This document shows, one piece after another, positions 43,434-56,083 of a stretch of 64,000 nucleotides of DNA (within the stretch, counting starts at the first letter, position 1; the number at the start of each line of letters is the position of its first letter). Both the position numbers and the translations under genes were made by a program. The stretch lies in assembly GCF_009914755.1 (NCBI RefSeq), contig NC_060948.1; one strand, written 5' to 3'. The DNA comes from the human T2T-CHM13v2.0 reference genome, Homo sapiens. The notes beneath the pieces were generated by a model, which was given only the letters and a program-made list of their open reading frames with translations, was not told the origin of the DNA and did not search any database.

Positions 43434-46400
43434 ACATTATTACGACTCTAACTCAGCCATATTTTACAATGCACCCATGGTAAAGAATTTAAGTCAAAAA
43501 CTTTCAACACCAGGGTACTAGGCCTAGTGATATGACACAATCTTCTCATCATTTGATATAACACCTTTAACAGTTAGCTTGGTGTGTATATAAGGGTCAC
43601 AATCTCTCACGTGTTTTGGTTCATTGCATGACACACTCTGCAACATCTGGAGGCTTTATGCAATATGCATGAGAGTTGCAAATGTCTCTGAGGGCTACAT
43701 ACTCGTATTGACTCAGAATCTTATATATTGCCCTAAACCCCGTCTGGGTTCAGACAAGAGACCCATTATTATGCCTGTAATCTGGGTCCAGAAATGATTC
43801 ACCATCTCACCTATAGCAAGATCCACATATGAAACTCACAACTCCATCTTTGTACTTTATTTACTTTTTAAAATCAGGACTTCCACACTGGGCTTTGTAA
43901 TGTGGTGTGGTGACAACATTTGCTCTCACCTACACATGTAATCAAGAGTCACGATCTTACCCTTTTGCTGGGCCCTGTTATAAAACTCTGTGTATCACCC
44001 AAGGAGCTTATAGAATATGAGTTGGTGTTGAAAACTTATGTGAGTTTTGTAAAAATATGCAACTCATAACCTTACTTATTGCTTGAAATGTAGTGATGAA
44101 AAGCAAAATATCACTATTAGTGGAATCTCAATTTGTTTGATCATCTTGCCTGTGAAATGAAGCAAGGTAAATTTCATAATCCCATTTGTAGGAAAAAAAC
44201 TTGGCAGGAGGATAGCACAACGAAGATGCTGTGCCAAGCAATATGTCGCTGTGCCAAGCAATATGTCACAATGACATTTTTAGGCATGGTCTAGAAATGA
44301 GGGTTACATTAACTGGATGCTAGACCCAGCAATATAACACAATCCCAAATGCGAAAAAACAAAAATGAAAAATAACGGAAACAAAAACACCTAGAGAATA
44401 GCTCCAAGATAAATAAAAATACTTTCTGTTGCTCTGGCACAAGCAGGAAGGTTACATCATCAGGATGGGGGTCCCAGCAATATACCATAATTCTTTCTTT
44501 ATGCAGGACCCAGACAGAAGAGGAACATCATCTGGGAGCTGAGCCCCTGAATCCGTCCAAATTCCTTTTCACGTGCATAGTTTTGGATAAAAAGTGGAAT
44601 AAAATTTGGACAGGGCCCGGCAATCTGTCCAAATTCCTTTTCATGTGCATAGTTTGGGATAAAAAGTAGAATCATATTGCTAAGTATTGGGCTCAGCAAT
44701 ATGTCACATCACCACACTTTAAAGGAGCAAGCAGAAGAAAAGGGTCATATCACTTGGGACCCAGGCTCAGATAATTGGCCAAATATCAAAAGTAGGCAGG
44801 GGTCAGGTAGAAGAGTAGAGTCACGTCACCTAGGTGATTCCCTAGGTATATGACACGATCTAGTATATGAGGTGAAGCCAAGCAGAATAGCCACATCACC
44901 TTGATGCTGGGTCCTGAAATATGTCACATGGCTCCCTTAAGACAGGACCCAGACAAGAGAGTTACAACAAATAGGTGCAGGTTCTACCCTTATGTCACAA
45001 TATTCTATGTGGTCAGCATGCAAGCCAGGAGTCACATCACCTAGATGATAGACCCAGAGATATGTCACAAAGTCCTCCTTGAAGTCTGGCCCTGTAGAAA
45101 GTGTACCATCACCTGCATGCCTAGCCTAGCAATATGTCACTATCCAGGAAAGTAGGAACCATGCTGGAGATCAACATCACCTAAATGATAGGCCCAGAGA
45201 TTTGTCACAATGTCCTCTTTAGGACAAGGCTCTAGCAAAAGACGACCATCACTTGTGTGCCTCATCCAGCCATATGTCACTATCTTCCACTGTGTGCATT
45301 CTAATGAGAAGAGTTATGTCACCCAAGTGGTTGACACAGTGATATGTCACAATGATTTATGTGGGTATGGCTCAGAAATAAATGTAACATGACCTGGTTG
45401 TGGGATCTAGTGATAAGTCACAATTCTTACTGAGAGCAAAGCCCAGGCAGGAGAGTCACATCACCTAGAGGATGGCCCAGGTAGATAACACAACAACATA
45501 TGGGGGTGGGAGCCAGTATGCAGAGTCAGATCACACAGGTTCTCAGGAAAATTTACATCACAGTCACACTGGCAGAAATTTCTTGAGATGAGATTTACAA
45601 TTCCATGCATGTCCTATTTTCATGAGTGACTGTTGGCTTCATATATGTGAGACAGTGATAGTCGTTACTGACTGCTGGGTGTGCATGTAACACTACAATT
45701 TTACCTTTCTGCTGGGTTCTCTTATGACACTCTGTGTACAAGCCAAAGGCTTTATAAAATATCTGAGGTTGTTATAACCTGTGACTTTGTCCTTAGCGAG
45801 ACATAATCACTCCTGTTTCTAAAAAAAAAAAAAAGCTATGAGCGTCAAAAGTACTCCTGTTTTGGGGGTCCACATATGAGAGTCATTACCATGCCTGTGG
45901 ACAGAGCACAGTTTTATGTCAAAGTTTACTTTGTGGTAATGAAACGATCACGACAGCCAAATAACCTGAATGTCAAGCCAGAAATATTCCAATATTTTCT
46001 TTGTAGGTAGAATACTTTGTGAAATGTGACATAAATTGTGTGCCAGATCCAGCTCTGTGTCGCAATGTCGCTTGCGGGCCATGTTCAGGCAGAAGAGGAG
46101 AGTCACATCACCTAAATGTTTGGAGATATGACTCAGCTAGATTTTGCTTCCAGCGGCATGTCACAATTTCTTCTGTGGGCAGGATCCAGGCAGGAGAGGA
46201 GAGTCACATTACATAGATTCTATATCTAGCAATAAGTCACAATGTTTCCTGTGGGCAGGGCACTGTCAGGGGAGAAACATCACCTAGCTAATAGGCTCAG
46301 AAATATGTGATAATATCCCCTGTTGACAGGGCCCGGGCAAAAGAGTCACATTATTATGATTTTGACCCAGCAACATGTAACAATGACCCCATGGAAAGGC

Positions 46401-47627
46401 ATATGAGCCCCAAAGTCTCAAAACCTGGGTACTAGGCCCAATGATATGACACAATCTCCTCATCTTTGAGGGTGACAGCTAACTTTTAGCTGAGCATGTA
46501 TATTAGTGTCACAGTCTCATGCGTGTGCTGGACCAATGTATGACTCTCTCCACAACATCTGAGGAACTTACAAAACCTTCATGAGGGATGCAAACCTCTC
46601 TGAGGTCTGCATGCTTGTATGGACTCACAATCTTATATATTGCCCTAAATCCAGGTTTTTTAGTTAACATCTCTCCTACAGGCAGGGTTAAGGAGGAAGA
46701 CCTATTATGCCTGTGGGCTGGGTGCAGAAATGAGTCACCATCCAACCTTTGGCCAGACGCATATATAAAATAACAATTCCAACTTTGTACTATATTCGCT
46801 GGTTACACTGAGAATCTCAACAGTGGGATTTGTAAGTGTGGGATAATGACAACTTTTAATTTCTCCTTGTTGTGTAATTGAGAGTCCCAATCTGAACTTT
46901 TTGCTGGCTCCTGTTAATAAACTCTCTACCACGAATGTGTTTATACAATATAAGATAGTGGTGTAAGCTTCTGTGAGCATGGTACAAATATGCAACCTGG
47001 GGCTTCCCTATTGCCCTAAACCTAAGTATGAGAGGCAAAATATCCCCTATTAGGTCAATCCCAATGTAAGTTTGATCATCATGCCTTTGAACTGAAGCAA
47101 GGTATCTGTCATAATTCCATCTGTGGACAAAAAACTAGGCAGGAGGGTAACATCACTTAGGTACTGTGCAAACCAATATGCCACAATGCCTTCTCTAGGC
47201 AGGGTATAGAAAATTGGGTCACATAAACTGGGTGCTGGACCTAGCAATATGACACCATCTCACATGTGGAAAAAATCCAGCCAGGTAATGAGACAAAACA
47301 CCTAATAATAGGCCCAAGATATGTCAATATACCTTCAGTGGCTCCAGCACAGGCAGGAGTCACATCACGAGGGTGCTGGGCCCAGCAATATGCAATATGT
47401 CATAATTTCCTCTTTAGGCTGAACCCAGGCAGAAGAGTAACATCACCTGGTGATGCATCCTGCAATATGTCAAAATTCCCTTTTTGTAGTCATTTTCTGA
47501 AAAAGGAGGAGAGTTATGTATCTTGAGTGCTGGCCTCAGCAATGTGTCAAAATCCTCCTGTTGTGAAGGCCCAGGCAGAAAAAGAGAGTCACATCACTTA
47601 GGTCATGGGCTCAGAGATACGTCCCAA

Positions 47628-48106
47628 TGCGAGGTCCATCCGGGAAACCCTGACTCAGTGACAAATGAATAACATACACTGATGCACATATTATGATTAT
47701 CAGTCTGGCTGAGAGACCAGGCCACTTACATGCTTCAAGTAGAGTGCTGTCAGCTGTGGCCTCAAGTCTCTGGCTCTTCTGGAATTTATTCAGCACACAC
47801 TAAATGACAAAAAATCTCAAGTAAACACCACTAGAAGGTAATTACCATTGCCGACCCCCTCAGTACAGAACACTCATTCACTCGCAAATGGTCAAAGGTT
47901 AGTTTCAGAACCACATGAGTAAATAAGCTATTTAAATAGTCTTCTCTACATTGCTTTGTTAAATACCCTTGCTATAGCTCAAAAAGAATAAGGCTGCCTT
48001 CAACCAAACACATTATGGAAACCTGCAGGCCTTCCAAGAGATTCTGTGTTTACATTTTATAACTTTATCTTAAAGTTTTTCCCACCAGGCTGACTGAACC
48101 CCTGCA
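47628..48106 (-). mobile_element. LTR22-type (HERV-K HML-5) solo LTR
   Basis: TG...CA ends; exact 6-bp TSD tcccaa (47622-47627, 48107-48112); minus strand starts tgcaggggttcagtcagcctggtgggaaaa; AATAAA on minus near 47785. Confidence 0.85.
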
Positions 48107-51100
48107 TCCCAATGTCCACAGCAGGCGTGGCTCAGGGAGATGAGGAGAGTCACATCCCCTAGGTGATTTCATAGGAATGTGTCACAATGTAACCTGTGGG
48201 CAGAAAGCAGGCAAAAGAGCACATCACTTGGGTGCTGGGTCCTGAGATATTTAACAAGACTCTTAACACAGCACTCAGCAAACAGAGTTACATCACCTAG
48301 GTGCAGATTCTCTGCTTATGCCACAATGCACCGTGTAGGTAGGGCCAAAGCAGGGAGTCACTTCACAATGGTGATAGGCCCACATATATGTCACAATGTT
48401 CTCTATGAAGCATAGTCCTGGCAAAAGAATATCATCACCTGTGTGCCTGGCCTGGAAATATATCACTCTCCAGGTTGGCAAGACCCAAGCAGCAGAGCCA
48501 CATGAAATCTGTGATAAGCCCAGAGATATGTCACAATGCCCTCCTTTGGGCATGGCTCTGGCCTAAGTGTACCCTCACCTGTGTGCCTGGCCTAGCAATA
48601 TATCACTATTCTTCCTTTGTGCAGGGCCCATTACAGAGAGAAGAGTTACATCCCCTAAGAGGTGGACACAATGGTATGTAACAGCAATTTTGGTGGGCAT
48701 GGGGCAGGCAAGAATGTAGCATCGCCTGGATGCTAGATCCAGTGATATGTCACAATCCTTACTGAGAAAAGGTCCCAGGCAGGAGAGTCACATCAACTCC
48801 AGGTTGGCCTAGGTAGATATCACAATCTCATATACAGGCTGAAACAATTCTGGTGAGTCAAATTACACAGGTGCTTGGCAAAGATTTACACCACAAGCTC
48901 ACTGTCAGAAAATTCCAAAGATGAGATTTACAGTAGCACCCATGTCCTGTTTTCATGGGTGACAGTTGGCTTCATACATGTTAGATGATGACAGTCATTA
49001 CGATGAGCTAGGTGTGCATACAAGGCTCACAATTTCACCTGTGTGCTGTGCCCTGCTTAGATTCTGTGTGTGTAACCCAAAGACTTTGTAAATATGTGTG
49101 AGTGTTACAGTCTTTTGTGAACTTTGAACGAGAAGGTGATCCGGGACATCACACATGTCCCTAAACCTAGTTATAAGACTCAATGTATCCTTTATTGGAT
49201 AAGTCCACATAAGAGAGTCATTATCATGCCTGTGATCCATGCTTAGGTATATGTTACAATTCCCTCTGTGGTTATGAAGCAGGCAGAAGAGCCACATCAC
49301 CTAAATGCTGGGCCAGAAATATTCCAATATCTTGATTGTGGGTAGGTTCCAGTCAGAAATGTCACATAACTTGTGTGCTAATTTCAGCTTTCTGCACACT
49401 GTTCCTCGTGGGAAGTGTCCAGGAAGGATAGGAGATTCGTGTCACGTAACAGCAGAGCCCAAAACTGCGTCACAATGTCTCACGTTGGCAGGGCCCACGA
49501 AAGAGAATCATGTCATTAGGATGCTGTGTTTAGAAATGCTAAAATTACTAAAGGAAGCAGGGTACAGGCCAAAGAGGAGAGCAATGTAACCTAGATGATG
49601 GGTCAAGAAATATGTGACCATTTCCCCTGAGGACATTGTTAAGACAGCACAATCTATTCGCCAAGGTTCTTGGCCCAAGTGTTTGTCAAAATCTCATTTG
49701 TGGACTATATCAAGGCAGAATTACTAAATCATTCAAGAGTTGGGCAAAAATATACGTCACATTACACTTGAGAAAAGGTTTACGAATATGACCCACCATC
49801 CTGCACAAGTTCTGACTTCAGACATATGAGTTGCTATTAGGCTTTTCTTGTGGTCTCAGATATATGGCACAATATTATTTGTGGCAAGAGAGAAGGCAGG
49901 AAAGTCACATCATTTATGTGGGTATGGGTCTAGTGAGATGTCACAATCCATCTTGTGGGCAAGATCCTGGCAGAAGAGTCACATCACTGGAATGATCATT
50001 TCAGTGACATATCAAAACTCCTTCTTTGGGCACAAATTTAGCCAGAGAGGAGACACAGTTCACCTAACAACTGGCCTTGCTATATGTCAAAATGTCTGTA
50101 ACGTTCAGTACCAAAGCTGGAGAGTGACCTCACATTATTGCTGAAATCAGGAATATGCGCAATCTCCCTGTGGTCAGGGCACAGACAAAAGCAAAGAAAC
50201 ATCATCTAGGTGCTTAGCCAAATGATATGTTACACTGCTTCCTGTTGGCAGAACCCAAAAGAGAGAATCACATCTCCCGGGTGCGGTACCAAGTTGTGTG
50301 TTACAATGCACTGTACGTGCAGGGCCAAGGCAGTAGAAAGGAGTCACATCACTTACGTGATGGACCTTGATATAAAACACAATACTCATTGTAGACAGGC
50401 TTTAGGCAGATAATTCACCTCACCAGGGTGGTGGTCCCAGTGATATACAAAAGTGCCCTTTGTAGGCAGAGCCAACGAAGGTGTTACATATTGCTTAGGT
50501 GCTTCTTCCATATATGGCACAATTTCATCTGTGGTGTGGGCCTAGAAAAGAAATTCAAATTATTCATGTGCTGGGGAAATTTACCTGTCCCAATCACACT
50601 CTCAGAAATGCTTAGAAATAAGTTTCATGTCCTACACAAGTCCTGGTTTTCTGTATGAAAGTTGAGTCAACACAGAGGAGTCATAATTTCAACAATGAGA
50701 CGGATCCATGTATAACAGCCTGAATCCCACTTGAAGATTGTGTTTCAGTCGGGGACTCACAACACTGCAATGTGCTGAATCATGGTTCAAATATTACCAA
50801 ACCACTTGTGATTAACATGCAGGTATAAGAGTAATTATTTCAACCTTCGACTGCTTTTTAGGCGTGCATAAAAGAGTCACATTCTTACCTCGTTGCTGAT
50901 CTCTTTTATGACACTCTTTGTACCATTAAGTGTTTATATGATATAACTGAGTCTTGTAATTATTTGTGAACTTTATACAAGTAAAAATCACAGGAATTTA
51001 CACATGGACCTGAGACTGCTATGAGAGTCATAATATTTCTACTGGCTGGGTCCAGGTATGAAAGTTATTGTGCGTGTGTGCTTAACCCAGAGTGTTAACA

Positions 51101-54100
51101 TATTTCTACTGAGTTGGTCCAGTTATGAGAGTTATTATTGTGTATGTGTGCTTAACCCACACATATGTCATAGTTTCACCTGTGAGCAGGGACAAGGCAG
51201 AAGAGTCACATCATCTGGGTGCTGAGCCAGTGATACATTATAATCTCATTTGTAGGCTGGGCCTATTTGGAAAATCACACAACCTGGATACACCCTGAAA
51301 TAGTATGTCACCAAGCCTGCTATAGACAGGGAAGAAGCATAAGAGGAGAGTTACTCCACGTAGGTGCTGGGCTCTGCAATATGTAATAATGTGTCTATTG
51401 GCAGAGTCTGGAATATGAAAGACAGCCATATCACCTAGGTTTTGCAATCAGCAGTATGTCACAAGTTTTTTGGTGAGCAGGACCCTGGCCAGGAGGAGAG
51501 TCACATGACATAAATATTTTGCCAAAGAATATTTCACAATGTTCTCTAGGGGCAGGGCACAGGCAGGAGAGATATGTTACCCAGCTTATAGGCCCAGAGA
51601 TCTGTGACAATATCCCAGGTTGGCAGGGTCCAGGCAGAAGAGTCATATTATTATTATTCTAACACAGCAATATGTCACAATGCACCCATGTTAAGTTATT
51701 TCAGCAAAAAGTCTCAACACCTGGGTACCAGGCCTAAAAACATGCCAAAACCTTTGGTCTTTGAGGGTGACACCATTAACTGCGACCTGGGTGTGTGTAT
51801 GAGAGTCACAGTCTCACATTTCCCGGGCTGTTGTATGACACTCTACAACATCTGAAGGCTTTATACAGCATGCATGAGAGTTGCAAAACACTCTGAGGCC
51901 TATAGGCTCATATGGATTCACGATCATATATACTGCCCTAACCCAGGTATAATGGTCAACATCTCTGTAGGCTGGGATTAGGGATGCCTGTGAGCTGGAC
52001 CCAGAAATGAGTCACCATGCCACCTGTGGCCAGATCATGCCTATAAGCTGAAGCGAAGTGTATGTCATAGTCCCATTTGTGGGCAAAAAACTTGGTTGGC
52101 AGGTAATATTGTTTAGCTGCAGTGCCAAGTAGCATGTCACAATGTCCTCTCTAGGCAGGATATAGAATTAGAGCCACATTAACTGGGTGCTGGGCTCAGC
52201 AATCTGAAACCATCCCACATGTGCAAAATCCCAGCCAAGGAATGAGAGTCAAAACACCTACATAATATGCCCAGAATATGTTAAAACCTTCGTGGCTATG
52301 GGACAGGCATGATAGATGAAATAATGCCCTGCTGTGAAAGGACATTGTCAACGTGCTGGCCTCAGTGATATGCCATAATTCTGTCCATTTGCTGGGCCCA
52401 GAAAAAGGAGTAACATTATCTCGAGGCTGGGCCCTGCAATAGGTCAAAAATTCTGTTTGTGTGCATGGCTCTAGAAAAAAAGTAGAGACAAATAACCTGA
52501 GTGATGAACTCAGCAATATGCCACAATCTCCCCATTGTAAAAACCAGGGAGAAAAAGAGAGTCACTTCACTTAGGTCAAAGGGCAGAGAGATATATCCCA
52601 CTGTCCCCAGCAGGTAAAGCCCAGACAGAAAAGGTGAGTCATATCACCTAGGGACTTTCTTGGTTATATATCACATTCTAACATGTGGGCAGACACCAAG
52701 CAGAAGAGCCGCATCACCTGGGTACAACATCAAGCAATATGTCACCATCCCCATAAGGACAGGTTTGAAGGAAACAAAAGGGAGAATCACAACTCCTGAG
52801 TGGCGAGCTTAGCAATATGTAATAATCCCCACTCTTGGCAGAATCCAGGATAAAGAGGAGACTCATGTCTCCTAGGTTTTGGACTCAGTGGTCAGACTTT
52901 CTTCGGTGGGCAGGATCCAATCAGCAGAGGACAGTACATTTCCTAGACGCTATATCTAGCAATATGTCACAATGTCACCTGTGGGCAGGGTACTGTCAGG
53001 AGAGCCATATCAACTAACCAAGAGGCCCAGAGATACATGAAAATATACGCTGTTTGCAGGACCCATGCAGAAGCGTCATATTGTCATGATTCTGACCCAG
53101 TGATATGTAACAATGCTCTTATGGAAAAGAATGCAAACCAAAAGTCTCAACACCAGGATACTAGGACTAGGGATATGACTCAATCTCATCTTTAAAGGTG
53201 ACAGCATTAACTAGTTGTGTATATGACAGTCACGATCTCATGTATGTGCTGGCCACTGTATGACACTGTCTACAATATCTGAGAACTGTATACACTATGC
53301 ATGACAGTCTATATCTCTCCCATAGGTTGGCTTAAAGAATGAGGCCACTATTATTGCTGCGAGCTGAATCCAGAAATGAGTCATGATTCCAACTGTGGCC
53401 AGATTGACTTATGAAAGTCACAATTCCAACTTTGTGCTTTATTCACTCATTAGACTCAGGACATCAACAATACCCTTTGCAAATGCAGGATGGTAACAAC
53501 TTTTACTTTCGTCTGTGCAGTCAAGAGTCACAATCTTAATTTTTTGCTGGGCCCTGTTATAAAACTCTCTCTACCAACCAAGAAGTTTTTATGATATGAG
53601 TTGGTATTGTAAACTTCTGTGATATTTGTACAAATATGCAATAAAGGACCTTAATTATTGAAGAAAACCTAGTGGTGAGTGGCAAAATATCTCCTATTGG
53701 CAGAATCCCAATATAAGCTTGATTATCATGGCTTTCAACTGGAGGAAGGTATATGTCATAATCTTATTTCTGGGCTAATAACAAGGCAGAAGGTTAACAT
53801 CACTTAGCTGCTGGGCCAAGCTATATGTCACAATGCCCTCTCTAGGCAGGGCCTAAGGAAAAGGGTCACATTTACCAGGGGTTGGAGCCAGCAGTTTAAT
53901 GCAACCACAGATGGAAGAAACCAAGCAAAGTGATGAGAGCCAAAGCACCTAGAGAATTTGCCAGAGATATTCTAAAATACTTTCTGTAACTTAGTCACAA
54001 GCAGGAGAGCCATGTCATTAGGGTGCTGGACCAAGCAATATGCCACAATTCCCTGCTTATGCATGACTTACGCAGAAAAGTAGCATCATCCAGGTGCTGG

Positions 54101-56011
54101 GCCCTGAAATATTGCAAAAGCCCTGTTCGTGGGCGTTGTTCAGCAAGAAGACGAGAGTCACATTACCTAAGTGCTGGGCTCATCAATATGTCAAAATGTT
54201 CCTATTGTTAAGGCCCAGACAGAAGAAGAGAGTCACATCATTTACGTCACGGGTTCAGAGATATGGCCCAATGTCACCAGTAGACAAGGCTCAGGCAGAA
54301 AAAGTCATATCACCTGGATGTTTTTAAAAAGTATATGTCACAATTTAATATGTGGGCAGAAACCCTGGTGAAGAGCCACATCTTCTGTTCCAGTGTCCTG
54401 AGATACTCACAACTCAGTCCCCCTTAGAAAAGAACCGACTCCAGTTAGTTACATCGCCTAGGTTCATGTTCCACGGTTCTTTCACAGTTCTCCATGTGGG
54501 CAGGAACAAGCAGGACCAAGGACCAGGGCCAAGCCCATCACCTAAGTGATAGGCTGAGAGATATGTCACAAAAGCATGGCCCTGACCAAAGAACACCACC
54601 ACCTTTGTACCTGGCCTGGCAATATGTCACTATTCAAGTAGGCAGTTCCTGAGTAGAAGAGCCATATCACCTACATGATAGGACCTGTGATATGCCAAAA
54701 TGCCCTCTTCGGTGCAAGGCCCTGGCAAAATAGTATCAACACCTGTGTTCCTGCCCTAGAAATATGTCACTATTTTGCCCCGTGTGCAGGACTCATTCCA
54801 GAGAGGAGAGTTACATCTTCTAACTGATGTACAAAGTGATATGTAACAATGATGTCTTCAGGCATGGTGCAGGCAAAATGTAAAGACAGTTTGATGGTGG
54901 ATCCAGTGATGTCACAATTCTTACTGAGAGAAGGGGTGGCTGGGCGGAAAAATCTCATCCCTTCAAGTTTTGCCCAGGTAGATATCCAAATCTCATGTAG
55001 ACTGGAACCAGTCTGAAGAGTGAAATCACACAGGTGCTTGGCAAAGATTTATATCACAGTCACAATGAAATAAAAGTCTATGGATTAGACTTACAATGCC
55101 ACACATATCATGTTTGCATGTAGGACAGTTGCCTTCATCCATCTGTGATGGTGAAAGTCTTTACTGCCAACTGGCTGTCCATACAAGATTCAGAATTTCC
55201 TCTCTGTGCTAGGCCCTGTTATGACACTCTCTATACAATCCAAGGGTCTTATAAAATATGTGTGAGTGTTGTAATTTTCTGTGACATTTTTACCAGAGTT
55301 AGACCCTGGACATCACTCATGTACCTCAACCTAGTTATAAGGGTCAAAATTTCTCCTATTGGCTGAGTCTGCATATGAGAGTCAGTATCATTCCTGTTAG
55401 CTGTGTCTAGGTATATGTCACCATCCCCTCTGTGGTTATTAGACCAGCAGGACAACCACATCACATAACTCTTCAGCCAGAAATATTCCAATATTCTCTT
55501 TGTAGGCAGGATATAACAGAAATGTCACAAAACTTGGGTGCTGGTCTCTGTGATTTGTAAATTTTCCTGTATTGCATTGGTAAACAAGGTGTTACATATT
55601 GCTCAGGTGCTTGTTGCATGTATGTCACAATTTCCACTGTGCTCTGCACCTAGAAAGGAGAGTCAAACACTCAGATGCTGGGTAAAGTCACATTTCTCAA
55701 TCACACACTCAAAAATGTTCAGAAAAATTTTCACAGTCCCGTACTAGTCCTGCCTTTGGTTATAAGAGTGAACATCTCCCATGTGTTGGGTGGAAGTATA
55801 GGAGTCACAATGTCATCAGTGGGCAAGGTCCATGTATAAAAGCCCCATTCCCACTTGAAGATTGTATTCCAGTAGGAGAGTCAAAGGACTACATGTCTGC
55901 TGAGTCATTCTTCAAACATCAAAAAAACCACCCATACTATTATTTTGGAATGTCCTGGTGACTTGTCCATGTTCAACAGTAGGGCTGTCTACCTGGCACT
56001 ATGAGAGCATA

Positions 56012-56012
<1 letters not shown>

Positions 56013-56043
<31 letters not shown>

Positions 56044-56083
56044 TATATATATATACACAAACACACATAAACACATACACACA
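56013..56083. repeat. (CA)n(TA)n compound microsatellite
   Basis: Direct reading. Confidence 0.97.

Larger units (their letters stand above)
25700..46140 (+). repeat. Superunit copy 1 (units A, B, C, D with landmarks at ~25980, 31126, 33223, 43503)
   Basis: Recurring landmark ctcaacacctgggtactagg followed by a ~750-bp non-satellite segment. Confidence 0.8.
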
